Part shown: positions 10,594 through 21,362 of the stretch, piece by piece
How the letters are laid out: the number at the start of each line of letters is the position of its first letter
Position numbering within the stretch: position 1 is the stretch's first letter
Assembly: GCA_024231025.1 (NCBI GenBank)
Contig: JAAEQW010000006.1
Span: 236 to 64,235 of the forward strand
Direction of reading: 5' to 3'
Origin: Candidatus Omnitrophota bacterium
GTDB taxonomy: Bacteria > Omnitrophota > Gorgyraeia > Duberdicusellales > 4484-171
Length of the DNA: 64,000 bases
Notes under the pieces: generated by a model
The model's database searches: none
Told to the model about the DNA's origin: nothing
The model's input: the letters and a program-made list of their open reading frames with translations, nothing else
Program-made: the position numbers and the translations under genes

Positions 10594-11073
10594 CTATAAG
10601 TCTTCATAAATACTGCGGCCAAAAGAATCAATTGCCACAATTAAAGGAAAATCCTCTACCTCAAGTCTGTACACAGCTTCGGGTCCTAAATCTTTGAAGC
10701 AAACTATTTTTTTTGATATAACCTTTTGTGCTAATAATGCTCCACATCCACTAGGGGCAACAAGGTACAGCGCTTTATATTTTTTAATCAATTGACGAAC
10801 ACTCTTGCTGCGACCACCTTTACCAATCATGCCCACAAGACCCTTCTTTAGTAATGGCTCAACAAACTTATCCATTCGTGAAGAAGTAGTCGGCCCACAG
10901 GCACCAATCACTTTGCCCTTTGGTGTTGCGCTGGGCCCACAATAATAAATCACCTCACCCTCTAAATCAAAAGGGATTTTTTTTAATTTTACCAACCTTT
11001 GATGAGCCTGATCCCTAGCGGTATAAATCACGCCACTAAATAAAATTTCGTCGCCAACCTTTAAATATTTCAT
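10594..11073 (-). CDS. Class I fumarate/tartrate hydratase beta subunit
   Basis: YTARDQAH, GPTTSSRMD, IGKG, DLGPEA. Confidence 0.92.
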   Translation of the reverse strand: MKYLKVGDEILFSGVIYTARDQAHQRLVKLKKIPFDLEGEVIYYCGPSATPKGKVIGACGPTTSSRMDKFVEPLLKKGLVGMIGKGGRSKSVRQLIKKYKALYLVAPSGCGALLAQKVISKKIVCFKDLGPEAVYRLEVEDFPLIVAIDSFGRSIYEDL

Positions 11074-11882
11074 AAAATCTGCAGAGTAGCTCTCCTTAAA
11101 GCGTGACAGCTAATATTTACCCCTACCGGTAAACCGGCAATATGGGTATCTTGCGTTCTAATTTTTACCGACAAACACGTAGTTGGCCCGCCCAAACCCA
11201 TTGGCCCAATTTTTAACATATTTATTTTCTTAAGTATTTTCTTCTCTGTGCTATTGAGAATATTGGCTTTTTCGATTAATGCTTTTTTTGCCAGCAATAA
11301 AGCTGTATCAGAAGTTCCGCCAATACCTACACCCACCAAAAAAGGTGGACACGCCTGCGCCCCAGCTAATTGCACACTTTCAACTATAAATTGTTCAATT
11401 TCAGTAAAATCTGCCGTTGGGTCAAACATCTTCAAACGAGTCTTATTTTCGCTGCCAAACCCTTTTGGAAAAACTGTAATTTTTAATCCGCTAACTTTAG
11501 GAGTAAAATCCAAATGAACAATCGCCCCCCGATAAGAAGAGCGCCCTCGCTTTAGGGGATCAACTATTGATCGACGAAGAAAATTCTTGCGATATCCGTC
11601 TTCTACGCCTTGTTTTATAGCTTCAACTAAATCATTCGATATTGTTATTTTTTTTCCTGCTTCAATAAAAATAAGAGGTAGTCCAGTATCCTGGCAAATA
11701 GCAACTCTTTCCTTCTTGGCAATATCAGCATTATCTATAATTTGCTTTAGCGCGTTCTTGGCTCTTTTGTTTTTTTCTAAACGATACGCCTTAGCAAGAA
11801 GACCACTTACGTCACTGCCTAAAGAAAAATTCGCTTTAGCGGTCAGCTCTTGGACTTGTTTTTTAAGTTTTTTTAGGTTCAT
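11070..11882 (-). CDS. Class I fumarate/tartrate hydratase alpha subunit
   Basis: ICQDTG, PKGFGSEN, ACPP, HIAGLPV..NISCHA.R. Confidence 0.92.
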   Translation of the reverse strand: MNLKKLKKQVQELTAKANFSLGSDVSGLLAKAYRLEKNKRAKNALKQIIDNADIAKKERVAICQDTGLPLIFIEAGKKITISNDLVEAIKQGVEDGYRKNFLRRSIVDPLKRGRSSYRGAIVHLDFTPKVSGLKITVFPKGFGSENKTRLKMFDPTADFTEIEQFIVESVQLAGAQACPPFLVGVGIGGTSDTALLLAKKALIEKANILNSTEKKILKKINMLKIGPMGLGGPTTCLSVKIRTQDTHIAGLPVGVNISCHALRRATLQIL

Positions 11883-12538
11883 CTTATCCCCAACTGTTTA
11901 TGCTTTTGCGGAATAACTTTGATATTCATACCATGCAACTTAGCTAACATTTTAAAGAACGCAACCTTGCCCCCTAGGGCATGCTCAAAAGGATTTTCTG
12001 GCTGCAAAACTAATGTCAAATCAGATTTAATGTCTTTAATGATTTTAAGCGCTTCAAGAACATCGCCAATCTGAGTAAGTTTGCCAATAACAACTTTTAC
12101 GAAAACGTCTTTGCCCTTGGCTATCTTTAAGAATTCCCTGTGATCCTCCCAAAGACTTTGCTGATCAGTTGTTGTAGGCAATTTAAAATCCATAGCAATA
12201 ATATCAATATATTCTATCACTTTAGTTAAATTTTCATATAGAATGCCATTAGTTTCTAGATAAAGAAGATACCCTTCATTCTTTAACGATTTTGATAATT
12301 CAATTAGATCTTCAATCTGCATAAGAGGCTCTCCGCCAGTCAGAGATATCGAATGTACTTTGCCAAATTGGCGAACCTCGCTAACAATTTGGCTTACACT
12401 TTTTTCATCATAACGCTCCAAGGGTGTATCGCAAAATGAACACTTTAAATTACAACCAAACAAGCGAACAAAAACCTGCTCAACTCCAGCGTATATTCCT
12501 TCGCCCTGAATACTTTTAAAAATTTCTGCAATCTTCAC
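11879..12538 (-). CDS. queE: 7-carboxy-7-deazaguanine synthase (radical SAM)
   Basis: EIFKSIQGEG, CNLKCSFCDT, TGGEP, ETNG; likely GTG start just after the queC stop. Confidence 0.9.
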   Translation of the reverse strand: MKIAEIFKSIQGEGIYAGVEQVFVRLFGCNLKCSFCDTPLERYDEKSVSQIVSEVRQFGKVHSISLTGGEPLMQIEDLIELSKSLKNEGYLLYLETNGILYENLTKVIEYIDIIAMDFKLPTTTDQQSLWEDHREFLKIAKGKDVFVKVVIGKLTQIGDVLEALKIIKDIKSDLTLVLQPENPFEHALGGKVAFFKMLAKLHGMNIKVIPQKHKQLGIR

Positions 12539-12542
12539 CTTT

Positions 12543-13187
12543 TTAGGCCTCCATAATTGGGTCCTTACGTCCCAAAGCTTTAAAAGCAGCCGTCCTAAAA
12601 CAACAACTATCACACCTTAAACAGGGAATTTTACCTCCCTCATAACACGACCAAGTATACTTAAAAGGAACATCTAAAGAAATACCCAAGTTTACTATTT
12701 GTTTTTTTGTCTTCTTAATTAGCGGTGTTTTGATCGAAATATCTTTCTTCTTTAGCCCTTTACGCACCGCCGCTTGGAAATCTTTCATAAACTGCAAATG
12801 ACAATCGGGGTAACCAGAATAATCCTGAACGTGCGCACCGATGAAAATACTCTTTGCCCTAATGCTTTCGGCTAAAGAAAATGCATAACTTAAAAAAATA
12901 ATATTTCTACCAGAAACATAAGTTACAGGAATCCCCCGACCACCGGCAGAAGGCACCTTAATGCCTTTTTTGGTAAGACTAGATTCAGTCCAACTCAAAT
13001 CAATCTTTAACAAATGGTAGCGAATATTATTAATCCGAGCAATTTTCTTAGCAAAATTTATCTCTTTTTTGTGACGCTGACCATAATCAAAAATAAGCGC
13101 CTCTAGCTTATATCCCTTATTTTTCGCATAATAAAGGGTAACTGCGGAATCTAAACCGCCCGACAATAAAATAACTCCCTTTTTCAT
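12543..13187 (-). CDS. queC: 7-cyano-7-deazaguanine synthase
   Basis: SGGLDS, YGQRH..E, TYV..RN, GYPDC, TWSCY..CxxCxxC. Confidence 0.95.
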   Translation of the reverse strand: MKKGVILLSGGLDSAVTLYYAKNKGYKLEALIFDYGQRHKKEINFAKKIARINNIRYHLLKIDLSWTESSLTKKGIKVPSAGGRGIPVTYVSGRNIIFLSYAFSLAESIRAKSIFIGAHVQDYSGYPDCHLQFMKDFQAAVRKGLKKKDISIKTPLIKKTKKQIVNLGISLDVPFKYTWSCYEGGKIPCLRCDSCCFRTAAFKALGRKDPIMEA

Positions 13188-13192
13188 AATTG

Positions 13193-13567
13193 CTACGACT
13201 GTTCTCTATATACGGCGCAAGAAGTATCGGTCTCCCAAACGCTTACTTCTTCGATGGAAACGCTTCTAGAGGCAATTTGCACTTTCAATTTATCAAAAAT
13301 ATAACGCGCTATTTCTTCAGAACTTGGATTATGCTTTTTAAAATAATCTATTTCGTTAAGGTGTTTGTGATCTAGTTCATCTAAGATGTATTCTGTTTCC
13401 TTCTTCATTTCAGTAAAATCCATAACCATCCCGGCACAATCGAGAACCTGCGAAGATAAAGCAACCTCTACCTTCCAATTATGTCCATGCAAGGATTCAC
13501 ACTTACCTTCGTAATTACGTAAAGAATGTGCCCCACTAAACTTTGAAATTATTTTGACTTTATACAT
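13193..13567 (-). CDS. queD: 6-carboxytetrahydropterin synthase
   Basis: AH.L, CESLHGHNW, LDH, NPSSE, VWET. Confidence 0.93.
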   Translation of the reverse strand: MYKVKIISKFSGAHSLRNYEGKCESLHGHNWKVEVALSSQVLDCAGMVMDFTEMKKETEYILDELDHKHLNEIDYFKKHNPSSEEIARYIFDKLKVQIASRSVSIEEVSVWETDTSCAVYREQS

Positions 13568-14354
13568 TTACCACCTCTGGGTTAGAAATTTTCCTATTTA
13601 AAAATAATCTTGCCGATCGAACAAAACTTTGAGGTTCATCAGTAACAAAAAAGTTTGTTTTCCCCTTTCGTTTTTTATCATTTAAAAGGCCTTCTTCACA
13701 AAGAACACCCTTAACATAACGGGCCACCTCTTTTGCGGAGTCAACGATAAATGCTCCTTTAAGATATTTTGCTATTTCATTTTTAAGCAAAGGGTAATGA
13801 GTACAGCCCAAAATAACAGTATCAACTCCTGCCGTTTTAAATTTCTTCAAATACATATCAATCACTTGTTCTGCTATTTTGCCCCTTAACAATCCTTCCT
13901 CTACTAGAGGCACAAAAAGCGGGCAATCTTGCTGATACACCATCATCTTTTTGTCTTTACTGTGGATCTTGCGCTGATAACTATTACTGGCAATCGTTGC
14001 TTTGGTTCCGATAACGCCTATTTTTTTCTTCCTAGAAACCGACAACGCTTTTTCAACACCGGCATTAATTACACCTACTATCGGTATGTTAAAAATACCT
14101 TCTAAGTGATCTAGCGCAAAAGATGTAGAAGTGTTACAGGCAACTACAACAGCTTTAACATTCTTCTTCAGTAAGAATAAAGCGCTTTCTGTGCTGAATT
14201 TTATAATTGTTGATTTCGATTTATTACCGTAAGGAACTCTTGCGGTATCACCAAAATAAATTATGTTTTCATTTGGTAAAAGCTTTTCAACTTCTTTTAA
14301 CACCGTGAGTCCGCCAACACCTGAATCAAAAATACCTATCGCCCTTTGATTCAT
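13560..14354 (-). CDS. murI: Glutamate racemase
   Basis: FDSGVGG, PYG, ACNT, LGCTHYP. Confidence 0.96.
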   Translation of the reverse strand: MNQRAIGIFDSGVGGLTVLKEVEKLLPNENIIYFGDTARVPYGNKSKSTIIKFSTESALFLLKKNVKAVVVACNTSTSFALDHLEGIFNIPIVGVINAGVEKALSVSRKKKIGVIGTKATIASNSYQRKIHSKDKKMMVYQQDCPLFVPLVEEGLLRGKIAEQVIDMYLKKFKTAGVDTVILGCTHYPLLKNEIAKYLKGAFIVDSAKEVARYVKGVLCEEGLLNDKKRKGKTNFFVTDEPQSFVRSARLFLNRKISNPEVVNV

Positions 14355-15379
14355 TCTGCCTCCCTAGCATAACCAGCATGCTGCTTGTTCAAAGCAACTA
14401 CGCCTGAAGCTATCGCCTCAGCAATCTGCTTTTGATAGTATTTCTGTCTTAGAAGTTTTTCCTCATATTGATTGCTTAAGTAACCTGTTTCCACCAGCAC
14501 CGCCGGAACATATGCTTCACGTAAAACATGGTAATTAGCTTTGCGTGGGGGCTTTATTTTAAACCCCAAATCCTTAAACGTATGATAAAAAATATGCGCC
14601 ATATCTACTGAGAAAAAATAATTCTTAGTAATAAGTAAATCCCAAAGAATAGCCTTAACTTCGAAAGGCTTATTTTTTGGCCAAATTTTTCTATTCTTTG
14701 CTACTTTAACAGATCGCTTACTGCTCGCTAACTTTCCCGGCAAAAGATAGTATATCTCCGTACCTTTAACATAGCGTGACCGATTAGAATTAGTATGAAC
14801 ACTCACAAAGAGATCAGCATTATTATTTTTTGCTACATTCGTTCTTTGCTGGAGAGTTAAAAAAGCATCGCGCGAACGAGTTAGTATTGTTTTAAAGCCT
14901 CTTTTCGTAAGTTCTGCAGCAAGATACTTGGCTATTTTCAAATTGACTCGCTTCTCGCGTAAACCACCTGAAGATATCGCTCCTGGATCTTTTCCACCAT
15001 GGCCAGGGTCAACAACAATGGTTTTTATTGTAAATGGCGTACGAAAAACGATAGCTTCGTTAGAAAATATTACATCCTCTAATTCATTAGAAATAAAAAT
15101 GTTACCTTCAATGTAATAAGGCACTCTTTCAAAACGAAAGATACTGCCATTGAAGTAACCAACTGGGGAATTAAATAATACACGTATCTCTTTGTCCGTG
15201 GAGTATACCCTTACAATATCATCTATCGTATCGTAAGAATATTGCATAGCATTCTTGCGGCAAAAATCATCAATATGCATGTATCCCGAAGCAGATACGC
15301 GCCCACTACGCCCTCGCCGATGCGTTGCGCCACATCCTGATAAGCAAATAATCAGAAAGATCAGAAAAAATTTTTTCAT
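14351..15379 (-). CDS. N-acetylmuramoyl-L-alanine amidase (lipoprotein)
   Basis: LSGC lipobox; DPGHGGKDPGA, SVH.N, PAVLVE.GY. Confidence 0.9.
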   Translation of the reverse strand: MKKFFLIFLIICLSGCGATHRRGRSGRVSASGYMHIDDFCRKNAMQYSYDTIDDIVRVYSTDKEIRVLFNSPVGYFNGSIFRFERVPYYIEGNIFISNELEDVIFSNEAIVFRTPFTIKTIVVDPGHGGKDPGAISSGGLREKRVNLKIAKYLAAELTKRGFKTILTRSRDAFLTLQQRTNVAKNNNADLFVSVHTNSNRSRYVKGTEIYYLLPGKLASSKRSVKVAKNRKIWPKNKPFEVKAILWDLLITKNYFFSVDMAHIFYHTFKDLGFKIKPPRKANYHVLREAYVPAVLVETGYLSNQYEEKLLRQKYYQKQIAEAIASGVVALNKQHAGYAREAE

Positions 15380-16722
15380 GTACTCAATATCGCTTTTGCA
15401 ATTTGAAAATATAAAAATATTCCAACAACATCAACAATCGTTGTAATTAACGGACCGCTCATAAGCGCAGGGTCCAATTTTAATTTTCTAAAAATCAATG
15501 GCAGAGCCGCACCCAAAATAGCCGAGAACATAATCGTCACACCCATTGCTGTACCAACTGAAATGCTCAACAGCCAGTTACTTTGCTGCAATACTACTCT
15601 CACCAAACCTACTAAAGCAAGAATCACGCCAATAAACAATCCTAATAGTGATTCTCGAAACACTACCCTAAAAAAATCTTTTACCGTTATATCCCCAGTT
15701 GCCAAGCCTCGAATAATCATCATCGCCGATTGCATTCCGGCATTTCCTCCGGTAGCAAGCAAAATTGGTAAAAAAAATGTTAAAGCTATCCACTGCTGAA
15801 TCACACCGGCAAAATTCTGCATAACCAAACTTGATGCTGACTCAAGCACTGTAAGAACAATTAGCCAAAAACTTCTTTTCCAGACAAGTTCAAAGAATCC
15901 TGCATCCATATATGGCTTATCAACAGGAACAACGGCAGCAATTTTTTCAAAGTCTTCAGTAACCTCTTCTTCCAAAACGTCCACCAAATCATCAAACGTA
16001 ACTATACCTAATAATTTGCCGTCATTATCAACAACCGGCAAAGCTATCAAATCATACTTTTTAAAAATGTCAGCAGCAATTTCCTTATCATCATAAACAT
16101 TTACTTTTATTATGTCTCTAAAAATAATTTCTGAAATCTTTTTATCGGGCTGGGCCAACACAAGCTTCTTCAAAGACACAATACCTTTAAGGCGTTTTGA
16201 TTCATCTAAAACATAGCAATGATAAATTGTTTCGCGCTTCATTCCAACGCTTCTAATGTGAGTGAGAGCTTCGGCAACCGTCATTTTTTCAAATAATTGA
16301 ACAAAATCCGGAGTAATAAGCCTACCCACTGAATCATGAGGGTAATTAAGGATCTCGATTGCGATGCTTCGCTCTTCAGGCGAGAGAAGATTAATGAATT
16401 TCTTAACAATCTCTGCCGGCATTTCTTCAAAGAGTCCGGTTCGATCATCAGGAGACATCTCATTAAGAATATCTTTTATTTCGCTGCTAGTTAAAGAGTC
16501 AAGAATTTGCTCCTCTTCTTCAATTGGTAAATGCTCAAACACATCAATTGCCTTACCATAAGGAACAAGACGAAACACCAAAAGTTTTGACGAAGGCAAA
16601 GCAAGGCCGCTGATTAATTCGGCAATATCCTCAGGGTGACCAGAAAGAGAATTCTTTATTTGAGGATAATTTTTCTCCCGAACAAAAAGCTCAATTTTTT
16701 CTAATAAATCAGTGTTTTCCAT
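15376..16722 (-). CDS. mgtE: Magnesium transporter MgtE
   Basis: N-domain, CBS pair, GGNAG.Q, PLITTIVD. Confidence 0.95.
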   Translation of the reverse strand: MENTDLLEKIELFVREKNYPQIKNSLSGHPEDIAELISGLALPSSKLLVFRLVPYGKAIDVFEHLPIEEEEQILDSLTSSEIKDILNEMSPDDRTGLFEEMPAEIVKKFINLLSPEERSIAIEILNYPHDSVGRLITPDFVQLFEKMTVAEALTHIRSVGMKRETIYHCYVLDESKRLKGIVSLKKLVLAQPDKKISEIIFRDIIKVNVYDDKEIAADIFKKYDLIALPVVDNDGKLLGIVTFDDLVDVLEEEVTEDFEKIAAVVPVDKPYMDAGFFELVWKRSFWLIVLTVLESASSLVMQNFAGVIQQWIALTFFLPILLATGGNAGMQSAMMIIRGLATGDITVKDFFRVVFRESLLGLFIGVILALVGLVRVVLQQSNWLLSISVGTAMGVTIMFSAILGAALPLIFRKLKLDPALMSGPLITTIVDVVGIFLYFQIAKAILST

Positions 16723-16912
16723 GTTAAAACCTCGAATATAACGTTAAAATTATACCATCCCTGGAGTAAAACTCAAAATTTTACTTTCAGCGATAACTTA
16801 AATAAAGTATGTAGGTTTAATCGGGGGCAGGGAAGTCCCGCCAAGGGCGGGAATCGGTACGTGCCCCCCCCAAAGAAAGGTCTACGTCGAATTTATTAGT
16901 TTCTGGGAAGAA

Positions 16913-18133
16913 TTAATAGAATATTTTTCTGGCGCCTCTTTTGACGACAACGATCCCGGATGGATCAAGAAAATACTTTTTAGCATCGCTCTCTTTATTG
17001 AAACCAATCCTTGTATTTCGCTTAATCGTATTATAGCGGTCAACGATTGTTCTTTTAATCTTGCAATTTTTACCGATAACAGCAAAATCCATAATTATTG
17101 AATCTTCAATTTTGCAGCCTTCTTCTAAAATAACTCCTCTGCCAATAATAGAATTCTTTATTTTCGCACCATACACCCTTACGCCAGCAGTTACTAATGA
17201 ATTGTCGATATCAGAACCAACTGTATACGCTGGCGGCAAGTCTACGCTAGATCCATAAACCGGCCAAGAGTGATTGGTTAAGTCAAGCTTTGGCCGACGG
17301 CCTAGAAGATCCATATTTGCCTTCCAGTAGCTTTCGATTGTACCAACGTCACGCCAGTAGCCACGCTCTTCATGTTTTTTTAAAGAAGGGATCGCATTTT
17401 TAGAAAAATCATACCCGAATACTCTTGTCTTTTTTCTGATAAGATAAGGAATTATGTCTCTGCCGAAATCATGAGCGGTCGTTTTTTCAATCATTTCTTC
17501 TAAAGTTTCAACTAAAACGTCTGCGTTAAATATATAGTTGCCCATTGATGCAAACACTTGGCTTTTCCCACTCATTTCAGGTTTTTCTTTAAAATCTTTG
17601 ATTCGCAAACTTCCATCAAGCTGCACAATGCCAAACTCTGAAGCATCTTTGCTTTCAATTGGTGTTGTCGAAACGGTAAGATGAGCCTTATTTTTAATAT
17701 GAAAATCAATCATCTGTTTTATATTCATTCGATAAATATGGTCTCCACCAAAAATCGCAACAATTTTTGGCTTAAAATCGTAAATTAAATTTATATTTTG
17801 ATAAACAGAGTCTGCTGTTCCGCGATACCAGGCCTGTATTTCTTCACGGCGCATTTGAGGGGGTACAACTGTAATAAAATGCTTAGAAAGCACACCCGAC
17901 TTTCGCCAGGTAGTTCTTAGGTGTTCTATTAGCGATTGCGATTTATATTGAACCGGAACATATATTGAATAAACACCCGAATTGATTAAATTACTAAGGG
18001 CAAAATCTATAATCCTATATTTTCCGCCAAAGGGAACCGATGGCTTAGTACGCTCTAAAGTTAAAGGATAAAGCCGCTTGCCGACTCCACCGGCAAGAAC
18101 AAAGGCAAGTATCGAGCTTCTCAAATGTTTCAT
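16913..18133 (-). CDS. glgC: Glucose-1-phosphate adenylyltransferase
   Basis: LAGG.G.RL.PLT..R.KP.VPFGGKYRIIDF, GTAD, ASMGNY, YWRDVGT. Confidence 0.96.
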   Translation of the reverse strand: MKHLRSSILAFVLAGGVGKRLYPLTLERTKPSVPFGGKYRIIDFALSNLINSGVYSIYVPVQYKSQSLIEHLRTTWRKSGVLSKHFITVVPPQMRREEIQAWYRGTADSVYQNINLIYDFKPKIVAIFGGDHIYRMNIKQMIDFHIKNKAHLTVSTTPIESKDASEFGIVQLDGSLRIKDFKEKPEMSGKSQVFASMGNYIFNADVLVETLEEMIEKTTAHDFGRDIIPYLIRKKTRVFGYDFSKNAIPSLKKHEERGYWRDVGTIESYWKANMDLLGRRPKLDLTNHSWPVYGSSVDLPPAYTVGSDIDNSLVTAGVRVYGAKIKNSIIGRGVILEEGCKIEDSIIMDFAVIGKNCKIKRTIVDRYNTIKRNTRIGFNKESDAKKYFLDPSGIVVVKRGARKIFY

Positions 18134-18137
18134 GCGA

Positions 18138-19322
18138 TCACTCCTTTATATCTCCCACTTTAACAAGGACAAACTTTGTAATCCACGGCCCTACCAATTC
18201 AAAAACAACGGTTGAAGCAATTGTAATATTTAATATCCAATCACCCCACGAATTGTTAAGTGTATGCTTTGCGATTAAAGCACACCCCAAGGCAACACCG
18301 GCTTGAGGAAGAAGGGCCAAGCCCATGTATTTTTTCACTGAATCAGGAGCTGACACAATTTTGGCCCCACACAATGAGCCTAATATTTTGCCTATCGCCC
18401 TAAGTGTAATTAGCGCTATTGTTACAAACAAAGCCTGCGTTAAAATGGCAACATTTAAATGTGCGCCCGCCAAAACAAAGAATATTAAATACAATGGCGC
18501 ATCTATTTCACGCAAAGAACCAAAAAATTCAAAACTTGTATTATTTGTATTCGACAGGACTGCTCCAAAAAACATACATGACAAAAGCACAGAAAAATTT
18601 AGACTCGATGTTATTCCGATCACCAAAAATAAAAATCCAAGAGTATAGATTAATCGATCTTTAACCGTATTTATAAAACCGGTAAATTTATCAAATAGAA
18701 CTGCAACCAGCATCCCAACCATGAAAGAAAGACCGATTTCTATACATGATTTAACTAAAGAAGCTACCACCCCTGAGGCAACATCGCCGCTTGAAGTAAA
18801 TGCACTAGCAATTGAAAGCGATAAACCAAAAAGTATTAATGCCCAAGCATCATCTACTGCTACAATACCCAAAAGAGTATCGGTGAATTCTCCCTTACTC
18901 TTATATTCCTGAGTCACAACAACGCTGGTTGCCGGATCCGTAGCTGATGCAATCGCCCCCACAACTAGGGCAATATAAAAAGGTTGCTTAAAAACAAGCC
19001 AAAAAATTACCGTTATAAGCAAGCATGGGATGATCGCCGCTAAAATTGATATGCCGGTGACTGCTCGGCCCACCTGTTTAAAAACCCTAGAGGATAGATT
19101 TTCTCCTAAGCTAAAAGCAATCATTCCTAAAACAATATTTGAGAAAAAATCTGAACCCGCTAAAAGATCGGGTGACACTAGATTAAGCAAATTAGGAGAA
19201 AGCAGCACCCCTAAAGCTACATAAGCAGTGATTGCAGGAATTTTTGCTTTTTTTACAAGACGAGAAAGCAAAAATCCCAAAATAAATATTATACCTAAAC
19301 TTAAAACGGGATTTTGTATCAT
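18138..19322 (-). CDS. Cation:proton antiporter (CPA2/Kef-like)
   Basis: About 12 TM helices; ATDPA, DDA, FFVLAG, LPQAGVA motifs. Confidence 0.85.
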   Translation of the reverse strand: MIQNPVLSLGIIFILGFLLSRLVKKAKIPAITAYVALGVLLSPNLLNLVSPDLLAGSDFFSNIVLGMIAFSLGENLSSRVFKQVGRAVTGISILAAIIPCLLITVIFWLVFKQPFYIALVVGAIASATDPATSVVVTQEYKSKGEFTDTLLGIVAVDDAWALILFGLSLSIASAFTSSGDVASGVVASLVKSCIEIGLSFMVGMLVAVLFDKFTGFINTVKDRLIYTLGFLFLVIGITSSLNFSVLLSCMFFGAVLSNTNNTSFEFFGSLREIDAPLYLIFFVLAGAHLNVAILTQALFVTIALITLRAIGKILGSLCGAKIVSAPDSVKKYMGLALLPQAGVALGCALIAKHTLNNSWGDWILNITIASTVVFELVGPWITKFVLVKVGDIKE

Positions 19323-19346
19323 AGATATGAAAAGCTCAAATCTTGG

Positions 19347-19811
19347 TTAGACAATGTCTTTCTCCTTAAACATTCTCCAAATAATGTCAAAAACGCCGAT
19401 TATTCCCAACAATTTTCCGCTAGCATCAACTACTGGTAGGCGATTTTTCTTATACAGACGCATTTGCTTATATGCTTTGTCCAATGGATCATCTTCCCTC
19501 ACAGAAACAATATTTCTATCCATCACATCGTCAACAATTATTAATTCACCCATTAATGGCGAAGTGTCTAAGTCGAAAACATTTTCGTCAACCTCAACAA
19601 ATGGAATATTTCTAAAAAGTCTTGATTGCTGTGGCCTCAATATATCCAACAAGCTCTCTGAATTCACAACGCCAATCAGTATATTGTCTTTGTTTACTAC
19701 CGGAATCAGTGGTAAAGTGTGAAAATCTTTGAACATATCTAGAAGACCACGCAAAGACGTTGCGCGCTTTACCATCAACACATCTTTTTTCATTGCCTCT
19801 TTTACTTTCAC
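19347..19811 (-). CDS. CBS domain protein
   Basis: Paired CBS motifs IPVV...IGVV and LPVVD..GKLLGII. Confidence 0.85.
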   Translation of the reverse strand: MKVKEAMKKDVLMVKRATSLRGLLDMFKDFHTLPLIPVVNKDNILIGVVNSESLLDILRPQQSRLFRNIPFVEVDENVFDLDTSPLMGELIIVDDVMDRNIVSVREDDPLDKAYKQMRLYKKNRLPVVDASGKLLGIIGVFDIIWRMFKEKDIV

Positions 19812-19849
19812 CTTGTTAAAACCTCCCCGGTTTATTCTAATATAACCTT

Positions 19850-20308
19850 TTAACTATTCTCGAATTTTTTAATAACTCCAACAACATCTTTTGGAGTTGT
19901 TGTAGCTAGCAGCTCTTCGCGAAAAGCATTATTCATTAATAATTTTGAGAGCTCCGCCAATACACGCATATAAAAATTTAACTCTTTTGGGTCGGCGCCC
20001 ATTAGAAAAATTAATTTTACAGGCTGACCATCTAACGCCTTAAAATCGACCCCTTCCTTTGACTTAGCAAAACCAATAACAAAACCTTTCACTGCATCGG
20101 TACGAGCATGAGGAATGCCCACATTATTGCCAATACCGGTAGAGCCCAGGGCTTCTCTTTCTAAAACATCGGCAATGAATTTGTTTTCATCAACAACGTT
20201 ACCGCCGCACTTTACTTTATCGGCAATCTCTTTAATTATTTCATCTTTGCCCTGTGCTACCAAATCCATACAGCAGCATTCTTCTTTTAAGTAATCTGAA
20301 ACTCTCAT
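19850..20308 (-). CDS. PTS EIIA (Ntr/fructose-type) domain protein
   Basis: RE.LGSTGIG..VGIPHAR, F.ALDG.PV. Confidence 0.9.
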   Translation of the reverse strand: MRVSDYLKEECCCMDLVAQGKDEIIKEIADKVKCGGNVVDENKFIADVLEREALGSTGIGNNVGIPHARTDAVKGFVIGFAKSKEGVDFKALDGQPVKLIFLMGADPKELNFYMRVLAELSKLLMNNAFREELLATTTPKDVVGVIKKFENS

Positions 20309-20323
20309 TTTTAGTTACCTCCA

Positions 20324-21004
20324 CTACCTAGTTGCATATGATTTTATATTTTCCAACAATCCATAACAAAGAAGCTTATCTTCTAATTCAATGATATCAT
20401 CAGCACGAGGAAAAGATATTACTTTATCTTTTCTTTCGATAGACAAAACAAGTATGTTTTTCTCGATGAATCCAGCCTGAGCCAAGGATTCTCCATTTTC
20501 ACGGCTTTCAGGCACAATGATCAGCTGAGCTATGCCATAGCCCTTCGGAAGACGAAAAAGCTCTTCTAGGGTTCTTTGCTTAATTATTCCTCGAGCAATA
20601 ACACGCTTCTCGATAAATTTATTTAATGCTCGACCAAATCCGGGCAACTTAGTTAGCCGATAGAGAATAAATATAACACCGAGTAAAATTAGCGCTTTCT
20701 CAACATCGGCACTAAAGTTATCTTTACCGAAAGATAAAAATATACTGGCAATCATCGAAAAAATTCCAACCTTACCAAGAATCATCAAAACCGTTATTGT
20801 TCTGCGCCTTATGCCGTCTTCCAAAATCGTCTCAGCTTCTTTTGTAGTAAAGCCAGTACCCGTAAACGCAGATATTGCCTGAAAGCGCGCAGTTTTATCG
20901 TCAAGACCGGTTAACTTTAAAACAACCGTTGCAACCCTTACAATAAAGAAAAACACAACTGCAATTATTATTGTTGGTATTATCGCTGAAATTATCTCCA
21001 TCAC
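20324..21004 (-). CDS. Membrane protein with K+-channel-like pore segment and TrkA_C domain
   Basis: ARFQAISAFTGTGFTT.E motif; C-terminal RCK_C-like region. Confidence 0.8.
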   Translation of the reverse strand: MMEIISAIIPTIIIAVVFFFIVRVATVVLKLTGLDDKTARFQAISAFTGTGFTTKEAETILEDGIRRRTITVLMILGKVGIFSMIASIFLSFGKDNFSADVEKALILLGVIFILYRLTKLPGFGRALNKFIEKRVIARGIIKQRTLEELFRLPKGYGIAQLIIVPESRENGESLAQAGFIEKNILVLSIERKDKVISFPRADDIIELEDKLLCYGLLENIKSYATR

Positions 21005-21303
21005 TTTAACCTCGTTGCTAAATCAAATAATGTCTGAACCAAAAAATACTTTAAAAATATAATCACCAAAAAAGCAATAATCGGTGATATATCAAGACCA
21101 ATCTTAAAGTTTATCGGCAACATTCTTCTCACCAAACCTAATATCGGCTCAGTAGTTTTATTTAAAAACTGAACAATTGGATTGTAAGGATCAGGATTAA
21201 CCCAGCTCAATAAAGCACGTATCAAAATGAGCCAATAAAGTATTGTAAGAATAATATTGAAAATATTCGCTAACGCAATCAAAAAATTAGATAGTATAAA
21301 CAT
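21001..21303 (-). CDS. yggT: YggT family membrane protein
   Basis: RALLSWVNPDPYNPIV..L...TEP, DISP. Confidence 0.9.
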   Translation of the reverse strand: MFILSNFLIALANIFNIILTILYWLILIRALLSWVNPDPYNPIVQFLNKTTEPILGLVRRMLPINFKIGLDISPIIAFLVIIFLKYFLVQTLFDLATRLK

Positions 21304-21362
21304 AATTTCTAAAAATACTAAATTCCAAACGACACTTTAAAACATTCGGATTTTAAATTTTT

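Noticed and set aside
16730-16912. M-box riboswitch upstream of mgtE
   Set aside because: A -10 element lies only ~27 nt from the start codon, and the GC-rich hairpin upstream looks like a generic palindromic repeat
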